From positions 16,182,001-16,246,000 of the forward strand of contig JBHGNT010000011.1 in NCBI GenBank assembly GCA_043228905.1: 64,000 nt of DNA, written 5' to 3'. The notes beneath the pieces are model-generated. The model did no database searches, had not been told where the DNA came from, and saw only the letters and a list, made by a program, of their open reading frames with translations. The translations under genes and the position numbers were made by a program. This document shows positions 34,701-48,794 of this stretch, piece after piece. Every line of letters begins with the position of its first letter. Positions within the stretch are counted from its first letter, which is position 1. Origin of the DNA: Azolla caroliniana (lineage: Eukaryota > Plantae > Polypodiophyta).

Positions 34701-37700
34701 AAGAGAAGTAAGGCATGAGGAAGAAGAAATTTAAATGTTATGTTCAAAAAAAAGAGTTTTAATGTCATCCTCAGGCTATCCTTATTTGAAACTGTCCCCA
34801 TACCCATTCACATGCCTGTTCTTCTAATATCATGATCTATCTAAGGTTTCATACACTTTGCAATCATAAAAGTTTCAAAAGATGATATGGAATTGGTCAA
34901 TATCGACTTAAAAGAGTAAACTTCAAGAAAGAAGACCAGAGATACTATCCACTTAGTAGTAACAGTTGATTGAGCACCAAACAGGTTACAGGACAACAGT
35001 AATAATAGAAGTATAGATGACAATTGAGGAGGAGGAGATACGAGTTCAAATGGTGCTATGTAATATATGTAGATGAACTGTTTTTGTCATGACTGATTGT
35101 TTTGGTGTGTCTTTGACATAAATATGGTAAATATATCAGGAACCACTAAATTTCCAGATGATCTAATCATTATCATTCTACTTAACAAACAAAAAACAAT
35201 AGTTCCACGGTGATTTTTATGTTATTGATTCAGAAAGTCTTTAATAGGTTAAAGGAGAATGGCAACTTAAAGATTACTCAAAATCCAACATAACCAATGT
35301 TGTCACTTTTATTTCATTCAATCTCCTGTTGATTTGGTACATTCATGTGGGATTTAATGTTAGGAATCAGCAACTCTTTAATATGTTAACGAGAAATAAC
35401 TTGAAGCTTACTAGAAATCTAGCACATCTAGTCCTGATTCTTCTGATAACCAATGTTTTTACTTTGATTCTGTTCAATCTCCTGTTATTAAGGTACATTC
35501 ATGTAGGCATGAAAGGATTCTGGCAGATTATGTTCACCATAAAGTCATATGTGAGGGGTTTGCAGAATAAAGTCAACCAAAAACAGAAGATATACATGCG
35601 GCTATCAGTAAATTTCGATCTGTGAACACACCTGAACGAGGGAAAAACTGAAAGCAGGATGAAGACCAGAGAAGGGCGAAACGCGTGTTTTGCCAGCTTA
35701 GAGAAAGAGAAATACCTACCCACAAGGTCTCCAATGCCAAGACATGACCCTTTGAGAGGCACGTCAGCCTTCTAATATTTAAAACATGTGAGTTGACAGA
35801 ACACTGGCTACCATCTTAAATACAGAATGTGGCATAAAATAGAAGGCACCTTAAAGAGTTTCCCCACCAAAAGGATCTTCAATCAACTCTAGAATGAAGT
35901 AGTCCCGGTCTCCAGAAATTAATGTACTTTGTCCATGCGTGAAACATACAGTTCTTCCAAGCATATAGCACCTTTGGCTGTCAAAATGTAAGACTCATGG
36001 AAGTCCATGAGTAAGTACATAGGCAAGCTAAAAAAAGGGCTTCATTGGAAGTCTCTATAGCTGGGATGTACTTTGGGAGCTGGGAGCTCCAAGAAATTTA
36101 AACTATCTGTTGAAGCTGGGAGCTCCATGAAATAGTTCCTACAGCAAGAGTGAATATGTATACCTTCCGAGTATCCACATTGCTTGCCATGCCAAAATCA
36201 CAAAGTAGCTGTTGAGATTCAGGTTCCCTTTGCCATAGCACACGTTGTCCCTTTGTGCCATGACGAAACTTGAGTATGAACTTGACTGCAGCCCAATCAC
36301 AGGCCCACAGACATCTGCTCACTAGTCGTACTTCATGTCTGATGTCTGAATGTGCTGTTACCATAGAGTACATCAAGTATCCGCATATGGAACAATCCAC
36401 ATCTCTTGTAATGTTGGATCAGTAGTGGGACAATCTCCCTTTTGAAAACTTCTCTTTAGCTGAAGAGATATTGAAAAGAGCCCATATGAAATCTATCCAA
36501 AAACTTCTCGATAGACTTCTCTGGAGAAAGAAACAATGGCTTTTTGTCTGTCTCACCTGATATTCATACTGGAATATGCTGAGCATGTCCAAGATCCTTA
36601 ATAAGAACGAAATCACTTATTTGAAAGTTCACATGTCCCTGCCTCTTTCAGTGTGAGAAGCTCTCCCCTGACAACCCTATGGGGATGAAGTGTACCACTG
36701 AATCAGACACCTAGGTCTTCTAGATATTCAAACCCAGTTATCTGTATTGTCTGGAATTGGTTCCCAATCTAGTGGAATGTTACCTTGTTGCTGCTCAGCA
36801 AGCACAACAGCATGTTCAGGTTGATATTCATACCAAGAATATGCTCAGCATGTCCAAGATCCTTAATGAGAACGCCCCCACCACTTATTTGAAAGTTCAC
36901 ATGTCCTTGCCTCTTTCAATGTGAGAAGCTCTACCTTTTCTATAAAAACAAACCTATGAGTGTACCACTGAATCGGACACCTAGGTCTTCTGGATATTCA
37001 AACCCAGTTATCTATATTGTCTGGAATTGGTTCCCAATCTAGCAGAATGTTACCTTGTTGCTGAACAGCAGGCACAATATCATGTCCAAGTTGTTGCTGT
37101 TCAGCAGGCACAATATGATGTTCAGGTTTGTAATTGCTGAGGTGCCATTTTTGGGTCGATTTCTTGGTAAATGTATAGTTTTTCTTGCTGAAATTTAGCT
37201 TTTTTCTTTGTTTTGAGGTTTTTTAGTAGCTTTGCCTCATTAAACACTAACATCTTAGCTTCTCACCACTTTTCTGAACTATGGTAATGAAACCCTATAT
37301 CCAATCTCAGTTTCCTCACCAGATCCAAGCAAGATACTCTTGATGGATCTAGCCTTCAACATGCTTGTCAACATTTCCGATGTGGATAATTCACAGCCAA
37401 AGATACAATTTGTGATTCTTTTTAGCATTCATATATGACGCCAATATTGACCCATGGGACCTGAGTACTTTGAAGCACAAAATCTCTATGTGTGAATAAG
37501 GCATAGACATATGAACTCAACCTTTTACATGGTGTCTCAAGTATGACACTCAACTTATCACCCCCAAATTGCACTATGTGCTGCGCATGTTAAAAAGCAA
37601 GTGATATTCATCCTCTACTAGGCCTTCATTGCATACCTTACATACCTTTATATTTGGCACATTTTGATGCAATAATGTAACTTCAATACTTAGCTTGTGT

Positions 37701-40700
37701 GATCAGGTGCAACAGAGTTTGAGGGCTATACAAGAGTTAATACTCATTTTGGTAATGAGATAACGTGGAATATGGTCAAGAGGTTCTTGCCTTATATTGA
37801 ACCCAACATTCAGGGTTGATGTTTGATATGTAAAATGTTCATCAGAGGCAAATATGCCAAACCAAACAAACCTGAGGCTGGATTATAAGGAATTATAAGC
37901 TCAATTTTTAATCCCATGTTTAGGACAATAATCCGGAACTGAGTGCTAGTGTACTCACCTCCATTACTTTTTCACAAGCATTTCAATCTCCAACCTATCA
38001 AGCAAAACTTTTTGAATCCAGTAAAAACTTCTACGTAATCTTTTAGCAAATATATAAAGTATTTTCAAGGGTAATCATCAACAAAAATAGTGAAGTGTAG
38101 AGATCAACCGAAGGACTTTGTAGGCATAGAGCATACATTTGAGTGTAAGCTGAAGTGGAGCAATTTATGAAAAGGATCAGAGTAGTAGAAGGTTTAATTT
38201 GTTTGCTATAACTACAATCATTACAAAAACTAAGCTTGGCCACCAGCTTGTCAAACAAAGATAGGATATGTAACATCTTTTCTCTCGTACAAGCAAACCC
38301 TTCATCTCTTAATTTGAGTCCATCCTTAGATTCTACTATAATAATGAAACTACCTGGAAGAGTCCATCCAGAGAGGCAATAGAGTGCGTCTTTCTTGTTG
38401 CGAGGAGGAATGAGCCTTATCCCATGTGAAATTTTACATGATCCGCCTATAGGGGCTGTGGAACAGCTAGCTCTTCTTGATTCCTAGAACAAACCAAGCT
38501 GCCTCCAATGTCGGCGCCTGCCTATTCTACATGGCCAATCTTATTACGTAAAATCCATCGATGTTGCAAGTGTCATTCCCAATGTTACTTGCACGGAATG
38601 AGAGGAAGCACTCCTTGGAAGAGAGTGCAGTGGAACAAGGCACCAGAATCAATGATCCAGATGCGAATAGAAAAGTCTTGTATCTACCATAAATAATGCA
38701 TTTGGTTACATATTTTTCGAGCACCTTTGCACTCCCTTGTAGATAGCGTGTACTCTCCATTCTAACCTTCCATAAATTGAATCCACACCCATCAAAACTC
38801 TTGAACTTAATCGCAATATTCAGACAGGTACTTGCCATGATGAAAGGAGAACAGAGAACAGCATTCCCACTTTCTAAGAAGAGGGAAATGAGGTTGTGAA
38901 ACCTTGAAAAGCACAAGTTGACGTTGGTGTAGAAAGAATGCAGCCTCGGAGCTTCTTGGGGAAGCAAAACATATCCTCAAAGATTGCCTGAATAAAGCTC
39001 CAGTACTCCCGATTCTAACCTTCCATAAATTGAATCCATACCCCTCAAAACCACCCTTGAATTTAATCACAATATTCAGAGATGTACTTGCCATGATGAA
39101 AGGAGAACAGAGAACGGCATTCCCACTTTCTAAGAAGAGGGAGATGAGGTCGTGAAACCTTAGAAAGCACAAGTTGATGTTGGTGTAGAGACAATGCAGC
39201 CTCGGAGCTTCTTGTGGAAGCAAAACACATCCTCAACGATTGTCTGAATAAAGTTCCAGGTACACTGGTGTATAGTCCTAACACATAACAAAGCTTTGAT
39301 ACCAGTTACTGGGTTTATGGAGTAGAGTTGACCAAAAACAGAAGGTACACATGCAGTTTTCAGTAAAATTTGCCTCAGAAACACATCTCAATGATCAAGA
39401 TAATTTGAAAGCCAGATGAAGATCAAAAAACAGCAAAACAGGATTTTGCAAAATTAGAGAAAGAGACACAAGGTTAGGGTAAACTTTCTGACTCTCCACA
39501 AGGGCTCCAATACCAGGGCATGATCCCTTAGAGCCAGGGAACCCTTTTAAAGTCAAAAACAAGTAAATTGAGAGAAAGAGACACAAGGTTAGGGTAAACT
39601 TTCTGACTCTCCACAAGGTCTCCAATACCAGGGCATGATCCCTTTAAGCCAGGGCACCCTTTTAATGTCAAAAATTAGAGAAAGAGACACAAGGTTAGGG
39701 TAAACTTTCTGACTCTCCACAAGGTCTCCAATTCCAGGGCATGATCCCTTAGAGCCAGGGCACCCTTTTAATGTCAAAAACAAGTAAATTGAGAGCTGAC
39801 TAGGCACCAGGGAAGGATCCTTAGAGAACCAGGGCACCCTTTTATAATAAAAGAAATTAAGCAATTTGACAGCTAACTAGTTGCCACTCTTATTGCCGAG
39901 GACGTTGGCGGAAGACTGCCATCTTTATTACAGAATAGGTGCCATAGAATACGAGGCACCTGGGGCTTTTACCTCAAAATTATGAAATCAGATCTCAATT
40001 CTGCCAAGAATCTTCCTATTAGCTGCCATAAAAGACTTTTGCTTCTTTTCTGTTCTTTATCAAGTTTCCTTCCAAAGGGTGGCCTAAGGTCAACCCCTCA
40101 AATGAAGTGAGTTCCACCTCTCTTAATAGAATCAGGAAAAAGAGAAAGAGAGCAGCCAATATGCTTCAACATTTGAAGATAATGAGGACCACAATGTAAT
40201 GACAGATTATATCAACTTTCGATTTCATATTATAGTTCAAATGTAGTTCGATTTTAAGTCCATGCATAAAATGCATTCAATTGATTGATATATGAGTCTT
40301 AGTGTATTTGTTCCTGGTTGGTATAAATTCTAAAACCGCCTATTTGTAGGGTGTCTAATACCAGAAGAAGATTTTTTGGTTCTCTTGAATGACATTGTTT
40401 TCCTTAATTTTCCTTCCATTTTTTAATTTTTATTTTACTTTTACTTGCTCCTCGGAACTCTTTAAATTGGGCAAGATGACATTGCATAACCAATGTAAAT
40501 TTGGGCGAGGCCCAATGGTGTTTAGACTGGACACAACAATCACTGGCAACTCTGGGATCGGAATGTAGTTTATTCAGTTAGCATTGGATACTGACTGTTG
40601 GAGGTGTATCTATCCAATTGTAAAGTTGTGGCTTACAAATTCACTTTAATCTCATCCCCACATGAATTCACTTAGAATTCATGAGTGACTGAATATGATT

Positions 40701-42188
40701 GTTTTTAAAGAGGTGACAATTGGCACCATGAGAAAGACTTGGTTAAGCTAAACAAACCTCCCTTTGATGAAATTTCAAAATTCAGGTTTAGAGAGGGATG
40801 AATTATAATAAAGCAAAAATCTGCGAGAATTATAATTTATTTGCTCTCTTCACTTATTTGCTCAGTAGATAATAATTTGGAGGCTCTAAATGTGGGTTGT
40901 AGAGCTGAAACACACTTGAACTGTTGGCTGTGTTTGTAGGGTTTGGTTTCCATCCTACTGTATTATCTTTTATTGATTATCTACAAAACTCAGATGGCAG
41001 ATTCTCATTCAATAAGTCCAAAAATAAAAATGAAAAGTAACTTGCTACACAAAGAAAAGAGGATTTTTTGAGGAACTCTAAACAATATTAAAAGGATACC
41101 TTAGCCTTACAAAAAGGGGAAAATCAATGAAATTTCTCATTCTCAGAGCTACTCTAGCCAATGAAGTACCATCCATTGCGAAGAAACTTATCCAGTTCTC
41201 ATACTGCCCGTCCATTATGGGTTTAAACAGGCTTTGAGACTCGTCTTTTTCCAGTTCTCATATCTTGTCCTCTCTTTATAATAATTCATATACTATCAAT
41301 CTAATGGACATTTAGAGTCTGTCTTGCTCCCATTCCCCAGATGATGAGATACTGAATGCAGATTGATTTGGTCTACATCCTTTCAAAAGGCAAACATGGT
41401 ATTCTATTCTATATCACAGTTGAAAACCAAAATCCTAGGAATGAACCAAATATGCTGTGTACTCATCCATGAGTTTTTGATAGGGAAGAGGAGAGGATAC
41501 TTATTCATTCCTGATATCTTACTCTATAAAGTACACAAATTTAACAGACGCTTAAACTCATCTTTCTCTCTTCACTGATGACGGGATAGCATATACACCA
41601 TGTTATGGTTGAGTTTTGGCAACGTTTTAAAAAGATATTATGATCTTCAATTCTATACTGCAGTTGCTAACCCAGATATCTAGAAGTCAACCAAAAAACA
41701 TGCATCCGAATGCTGCACCTTACAACAATCCACAACATAATTGATCAGAAAAGTGGAGACTTGTCCATTTCTCATATGCTACATTATAGTTTATCAACTT
41801 AACAGGCATTTAAATTTGTCCTTTCCTTTCTGAAGATGATGGAATACAGTATGCAGCATGAATTATTTGAATTTAAGCAACGACTCCAACGGGAAAAGCT
41901 TCTATTCTATATCGATTTTACAGTCATTTGAACTCACATTTTTCTGTCCACGGGATGATGAAATTATGTATGCATCATGATAACGTTGAGTTTAAGCAGC
42001 GTTTCGAAAGGGAAACGTTTCTATTATATTCTATAAAAGTAATCATAGCAAGATCTCTACAAAAACCTACTACATCTGAATGCATCATGTTTTTGATAAG
42101 AAACCATGGAACTGAAGATGAAACCTTATTACCATTGTTCAAAAGCATATTTTTTCTAGGATCTTGTCAGACGAATCCATGGAAATCC

Positions 42189-42225
<37 letters not shown>

Positions 42226-42352
42226 GAAGAAAGTTACCAGAAGCTCGAGGTATACAAAGTCTGCGTGAAGAAGGGGGATGCTGTTGCTGATGATGGACAG
42301 GGAAGGGAGTGGAAAGCTGAAGGAAGGTCGATGAGAAGGAAGATGCTGCCAT
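31707..42352 (-). CDS. FTRC: Ferredoxin-thioredoxin reductase catalytic (beta) subunit, chloroplast; 150 aa, 6 exons
   Basis: Exons 42352-42238 (Ser-rich transit peptide), 34456-34347, 33650-33601, 33517-33446, 31915-31855 and 31751-31707; sum 453 nt. The protein reads KSLELMRKFSEQYARRSGTYFCVDKGVTAVVIKGLAEHKDALGAPLCPCRHYDDKVAEVQQGFWNCPCVPMRERKECHCMLFLT, with CPC/CPC/CHC Fe-S and active-site motifs. Intron 1 is ~7.8 kb. Confidence 0.96.
32841..33022. mobile_element. Non-autonomous hAT-like MITE in FTR intron 4
   Basis: Imperfect ~22 bp terminal inverted repeats (CTAGTATTAACAATCGGCAACGG / CCATTGTCGACTGTTAACTAG) enclose many AACCG/CGGTT motifs. No clear TSD. Confidence 0.6.
38760..39265. repeat. 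Tandem duplication, 2 x ~255 bp, of the copia leader/gag start
   Basis: Near-identical ORF translations MLPQEAPRLH...FNLWKVR in ORFs 38527-38967 and 38807-39223. Confidence 0.9.
39450..39850. repeat. Tandem array (~3.5 units of ~100-120 bp) within the copia 5' LTR
   Basis: GAGAAAGAGACACAAGGTTAGGGTAAACTTTCTGACTCTCCACAAGG...CCAGGGCATGATCCC occurs three times plus a partial copy. Confidence 0.88.
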
Positions 42353-45300
42353 AGCCTGCGGAAGAATAATGATGTTGTTTGTTCGTTAAGTGTTTTCTTC
42401 TAATTCAAAGGAGAAGAGAATGGAACGGGATCCTTCATGTTTTTGTGTTTGTGGCGAAGGGCTATTCTTCTTCTTCTGTGGCTGGGTGGCAATCAATGCT
42501 TCTTTGATATTGGTGATAGGGTTTGAGGGGTTGTGAGCTCGAATCCTCAAAGAGACTATTATGTGTGAGTCATCATGTATACCCCACATGGTATGTTAGA
42601 ATTCGAGCGGATTGCATATGACGTGTGGCTTTTTATGTTATCTTCTGTTCCCACTCATCGATTCCGCATCCCTTTTTCATTGAGTTATTCGTGTTCGTTG
42701 ATGGTACCTGGGTACCTACCATATGGAGTTCTCAAAATGTGCTTTCTTGCTTCGTTGCAGGTTGTACAAACTTTATATCACATAGCACTGGAAGAGAACT
42801 CAAGAGTGTACATGGGGGGGAAAAAACACTCGTGACGAAAACCCATTCAATAGATATTTTCGTTGAACACAATGAATCCTTTTTCCAAGTGGTTCAAGAA
42901 TTGTTCTCTCTCATGACGAAACCAGAAATTGGTTGCCAAAACTTATTGTATCGTATAAGGGTTGTTTTGTCGTTTCCCATTGCAGAGAGAGTATTCAAAA
43001 GTCGTTATGTATTACCATGGTATCAAATTGAGATTTTGCATCAAATGACGGTTATCTAATGTTTGGGTTAAGGAATGTGAGTTCATATGCATAAGTTGTT
43101 GTGTAGTGTAGTGTACTCCAACAATATCTCATGATTTACACAGATGGCTCATCATGTACACCAACTCCAATGATTCTTATCATATGATATTTATATGTTT
43201 TTATGACGGGATTGTGTACCATCATCATGGTAGCTTCTATTGATAAAATTCACAACTAGTGCCTTAAATCAAGTGTTATCAAATATTTTTTATTTTGCTA
43301 GATTGAACAACATCGTCTTTTGATATGTTTCCAAAGTTTATGTTGTAAATTCAAACTCCATGTGTAACTTTGATTAAATTCTCTTATAGGTCATAAATCC
43401 ATATTCAAGGGCCTTTTTGTTAATGTTTATGCGATTGATAAACTAGCTCATTCCCTTCCCTTTGCTTTCATGATATTTGCCTATTGTTTTCTATGGTTGG
43501 CTTGCATCTCCATTAAATCACTGTCTCAAAAGAATATGGAAGGTCATTTGATCCTTGCAATTGTCATGACAATCTTCTCAAATAAGTGAGATCTTCGAAC
43601 AATGACAACCCAAGCTCTAGTGGTTTCCTTCCAACTCTCCAAAATTTGATATAGCGGATTGCTTCTTATTATGTTCAACCTTGGTGCTAAGTTTCCTTCT
43701 TGTTCTATAATGGGGTCTTGTGGCCCAAGGATCCAATGATTTGCACATTGAGATATCTTGCATCCCACATCTGCTTTTCTTCTTTAGTAGTGTGACCAGA
43801 TGTAGCATCTTTCTTATTGTACCTAGTCCTATTGTATGAAGTTTCCTATGATTAGTGCACCATTCATGTGTCTATTAGAAATCAATTTAAATCGTGCCAA
43901 TAGCAAGGAAGGCTTTGAATAAAATGAGAGGCAGTTATTTTGTGACTAGAATAGGCACTTATGTTACCAATCTACATTGCATCTTGACCTTTACTCATTC
44001 AAATGAAAAGCCAAATGTGTTATTATCTTAAAATCATGAACATCAAAACAAATGCATTCACAAGTGGATCCAAATTTCTTTTCATAAATAGCTAGTGAAC
44101 AATATCACTAATGGATTCCTTCCGGTTATATTGCACACCACACAACAAATAATAAAAGCATGAATTATGACATCATTGCGATAACCATTGTTGATGGTCT
44201 TTGAATACTCTTTGGCAATCTTTGCTGATGCAGTCAAAAAGAGCTTTGATCTTTCAAACAGATGTATATACATCATTATATAAAGTGGCATTCCTTAGCA
44301 ATGAACCCCTAACAAGCAGCTACAAAAAATTTGTGGGTAATTTTCAGAAACTTGAATATATTTACAACTTTGCCGCCAATGTCATAGAATAGCGGTGCGA
44401 CATTTCATTGTAGTCATTTATTATTCCCCTCAATCTTAAATGCATAGAAATAAGCAAAGAGACTAGTGTTTTTGTACCTCATGGAACATCTCAGCATCTA
44501 TTGTTAAGTCTTTGTTTCTTAATTCATACATGGATCCATATACATGCTTGCCTAGTAACTTAGGGTTTATGGTTAGCTAACCACGGTTTTCCTTCTATGT
44601 ACTCCAAGGAATGGAATGATGGATTGTAGAGTAAATAGAAAACCATTCAGTAAGCACCTAGATCGATATAACTATAGAATTTAAAGGTTTAGGGTTTGGA
44701 GAAAGCAAACACCAGTTCTCTTTGAAAATTCATCAAGCCAAATGGAACCCCTATTGGAAGTCAAAGAAAAATAGACCCATTCAACATACCTTTGGAAGGG
44801 TTTTAAAGATGCATTTATACCACGACTCATTTCATTGATGCATGAACCAGCTCCTGTTTTATACCTTTAACATATGAAATCCCACATAGTGTTGTATTAA
44901 TTAAATGAACTTATTTTCTAATAATCAATTCATGCTTGTTACGACCGCACACTCTCATCATCATGTTAACAAAGCTAAAACCTAGCCAAGGGTAGCTAAT
45001 ACCTAAGTCTATATCTACAATGTAGCCATCCAAATCATGGTCAGGTCAAGGCCATCCAATCATGAATAGTAGGATTAATTCGCCCCTAGCAATATAGACA
45101 TGTGAATGTCATGACGATCCATATGCTATCATTACGAGATTGGAACTTGCAAGGATCAGCTTCATGAATTTTCCTCCATGTTCAGCTACAAAAACAGGCT
45201 GTAATGTCATACATAGAAAACCACAAAACCAAAAATATGCATAAACCAATTACATCAGTGGAGTGCACAACGTTTAGCAATGATAAGTGTTGGTGCCCCA

Positions 45301-45415
45301 ACAATATTCACAATGTTGGTTTACATACAAACCTCAATGTTACCTATGAAAAAACACTGATCTACACAATATATATTTTGATCCCAAAATTGCCAGGGTA
45401 CATTAGAGGGTGGGC

Positions 45416-45416
<1 letters not shown>

Positions 45417-45472
<56 letters not shown>

Positions 45473-45489
45473 GCGTGTGCGTGTGCGTG
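45417..45489. repeat. (GTT)n microsatellite plus (GTGC)n in the trihelix 3' UTR region
   Basis: Directly visible repeat. Confidence 0.9.
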
Positions 45490-45528
45490 CATGCATATAT
45501 GAAAAGACCATTCAATATGCCTCACCTA

Positions 45529-47330
45529 TTATTGTTGTAGGGAAGATACGATGCCAAGGCTGGATATAGTAGATGACATCCTTTCCATTGACGCAATCAA
45601 ACCCTTACCAATCTCTATGGTTGCTTCCAATTTTCGTTCTTCGAGGGAGAACCTCCTCTCAGCGAGCTTCAATTTCCTCTCCTCCAAAAGCAATCGGTAC
45701 TCAGCTAAATCTAACGGTGACTTGATTTTGTTAGATTGTCCATCTTTGGATGATTTACTGGAGGCATTGCCACCATCCTCTTCCTCTTTTGCTTCTAAAA
45801 GGATATCCACCTTCTTATTACTATCAGGAGTAGGCTTGAGAACACCAAAGCGATCAGGGGTTTTTCTCTTTCGACCAGACGATCGTGGTGCATGATTATC
45901 TACAACGGCAGGTGTATCTTCAACTACAGTTGTGCCATTTTGACCATTTTCATTACTAACATACGGTAATGCCTCAGTATTTCCTGTTGCTGCTTCTCCT
46001 GCAATTTCACTTTCAGAGAATATCAATGTTCACACAATACTGATCCATGGAGAATAGCTAGAGCACAGCAAGCATGACATCGATGGCATCAAAATTTAAG
46101 GAAATTCGTCTAAGTTGATGTTCAAATTTTAAATCAACAAAAAACACTGTCTCACACTTGTTTTCATGTTTTAATCAATTTAATAGGTTTATTCTCTCCA
46201 AAACTATGAAATTTCAAAAACCTACAAGAGAATCCAACCTATCAAATTCCTCCTGTCTTCGGTCAAAAGTAAATTTTCTATTTTCATTCCTTTTTTTATA
46301 TTTCCTAATTCTATTGAAACTAGAATCTAAGAGCATCAAGGCTTTAAAGAAAATCTAAGCAATAATTAAAGTGGTCCCATTTCAGGTAAAAATCTGAACA
46401 TTCTACTTTAATCCATTTTGTTCCTTTATATCCTAATAGATTAGGCGTGTCAGACTAGAAGTTAACAGCAATTAAAGCCTAGTCTCATAACTGCTACTAA
46501 TTCTGTCTCAAGTGGCTCTAACCTGAATTCTCGATAAGCGGGTTCCCAACAAAAGATGGCAGGTTCAAGGATGCAACAAAACCAAATCTTGCGAACATGG
46601 CATCAAAAAGCTCCTTATCGAAAAGTCGTGGAAATCCCTCTCTCTCCCTTTCATCCTCTGTCATTGCCCAGTAGGTTGCTTTCCCATCAGGAGGTTGTTT
46701 ATCCCAATCCAATATTTTCTTAAAATTTGGCCATAATCTCTCCCATTTATCCCGGCATTGAGATGCCATTTTGTTAACTCCAACGCTCTTGCAAGAATCA
46801 GCTATTTCATCCCATTTTCCTGATGAAGAAGACCTCATCTTTCTCAAACCAAGCTCAGCTCTTTCAGCATGAGATTTTTTTGCATCAAAAAGGGCAATTA
46901 TTTCACCATGAGTCCAATGGCAACGGGACTTCTGGGCTGTTGATTGGCGTGAATTTCCACTTCTAGTTTTAGGAGGAGGCGAATCAAAGCCATTTCCAAC
47001 ACCGCTAAGTATAGCAGCTTCATCAGCAATTGGTGCTATAATTACAGGAACAACCTCTTGCTGAAAGTCTTTATGCTGTGAGACATCATTGCCCTCATGT
47101 TGATTTTTAGGTGGGTTTTGAGACCCTTTTTCAGCAGAATTCAAATCAAGAGGTATATCATTTGGAGGCTCTGAAAATTCAATGATAGGATTTTCATGGA
47201 TAGCTTGTATATCTGGATTGTGATGGGTTTGAATGTCATCAGAACTACCCGGAAGTGAAGGAATCATTGTAGAAAAAGTGTCGCATTTGAGAGTTAGTAA
47301 AAAATCCTGTAACATATCCAAAATGTCCAT
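45529..47330 (-). CDS. Trihelix (Myb/SANT-like) transcription factor, ASR3/SH4-like; ~425 aa, 2 coding exons
   Basis: Exons 47330-46523 and 45998-45529 (phase 1; sum 1278 nt). Domain RCHWTHGEIIALFDAK...KWDEIADSCKSVGVNKMASQCRDKWERLWPNFKKILDW...YWAMTEDEREREGFPRLFDKELFDAM. NLS-like RKRK and a C-terminal coiled coil LEERKLKLAERRFSLEERKLE. A 5' UTR exon probably lies near 48150-48520. Confidence 0.9.
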
Positions 47331-48524
47331 TTCTTACTTTTAATCTCACATTGGTACCATATACCATATTTTGGTTGTAACTTAGGTCTCATAGGTCACT
47401 TTGGATGTTAATATCACATTTCTTTCCCCTCTTTTTCTCTGTCTCAACCTAGTGGAATGCAATGAATTTCCGATATCCTCTAAAAACAGCTAATTATGCA
47501 GAATTCTAGCCTCATGAATGCATAAATCTTGGTTTTTCATTAATATTTGCATGTTCCTCCAAAGTGGATTTAATTGATTTGATGTTTGACTTTTGATCCA
47601 ATTCAGTGAATAAATTTTTGGTTCCATATTTTTTCGAGGAACTCAGTGCATGTGAATATGGCTTTCTTTCTTCCCTCATACACGCATAGACAAACAGACA
47701 CATGCAAGCAATGGATATGTACACATGAAATGAACCCAATCTATCCGCTTACACAACCACAGGAAATAAAAGGAGTTTAGCACTTCAGAAACTGAAATTT
47801 GACTTGATACACGGAAAATCATAAAAGGTTGAGCAGTGAAAACAGTAAACATGCTAATAGTATGTGCTGCACATAGGCTGCCTTTGCAGCCCTACAAGAC
47901 AAATAGACATCAATACAGCACATAACCAAATAGTTTATGAAAATTCTTACAAATATTGCTTAGAAATTTACTGGAATGGACACGAATTTTACATAAATTC
48001 ACACAAATTAACGAACTAAAATAAATTCAAACTTTTGAACAGCAGAGCAGTAACGAGGGCCCAAAGAACTCTTTTATCTCCGCTCTCTCTCTCTCTCCCT
48101 CTCTCTGTCTCTGCAACAACATGACAGAATCGGAACAATATCGAAAACCTTACCTTACTTCGCAACTATTGAACAACAGAATAGTAGTAGTAGTTAACGG
48201 CGACACCTATCGAGCTCTCATTAACTGCAGAACCAACAGACAGAGACTCAGAGAGGAAAGGTAGAAACGCTACACTGAACGGAGAAGGAAAAGGTTGTCA
48301 GCAAAACCAAGGCACAACATAAAACAATAAAACAAAAAAATTTGTGAAGGATGCCTGCTGTGACGCTACCACCGGCTACTGCCGGTTCCCCTGTCCCCAG
48401 GTGAACCAGACTTCATCAGGGATTCCGCATAACCCTGGTTAGGTCATCTGATTCGATTTCTAACCACACAAACACAAACACAACACAACACAAAACACAA
48501 TGGGTTCTCTCTCCCTCTCTCAAC

Positions 48525-48794
48525 GTGTGATAGGGTGTTGTCGTGGCACTAGACACTGGACACGCGGCTTGTTGATTATGCATATCTTGCCCTAATAAAT
48601 GCTCGGGCGTCCGAGCATATCACACTTTGATGAAACCCTATGCCTTTGACCACATTTGTGTGATAGGGTGTTGTCATGGCAGTGGACACTAGACACACAA
48701 CTAGTTGACTATGCATATCTTGTCCTAATAAATGCTCGGGCGTCCGAGCATATCACACTTTGATGAAACACTATGCCTTTGACCGCATTTGTGT
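48525..48794. repeat. Tandem duplication, 2 x 133 bp, each with a perfect 8-bp-stem hairpin
   Basis: Units start at 48525 and 48658; ATGCTCGG-GCGT-CCGAGCAT lies at 48599-48618 and 48732-48751. Confidence 0.92.

Larger units (their letters stand above)
35550..39970 (-). mobile_element. Decayed Ty1/copia LTR retrotransposon inside FTR intron 1
   Basis: Diverged LTR pair (~39970-39306 and ~35855-35550; shared ACCAAAAACAGAAG, CCACAAGGTCTCCAAT, CCATCTT..ACAGAAT..GGCACC). Also tRNA-iMet PBS TGGTATCAAAGC (~39304-39293), gag start FDGCGFNLWKVRME, RNase H remnant YIFTLAVGTISWSSQLQQIV, and a PPT-like GGTGGGGAAA near 35860-35870. Many stops and frameshifts. Confidence 0.85.

Noticed and set aside
39450-39850. 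Regularly spaced repeats resembling a CRISPR array
   Set aside because: Whole units repeat with no unique spacers, they lie inside an LTR, and the context is eukaryotic with no cas genes.
43400-44400. Possible decayed LINE or gene fragments
   Set aside because: Only weak motif resemblance and not supportable.
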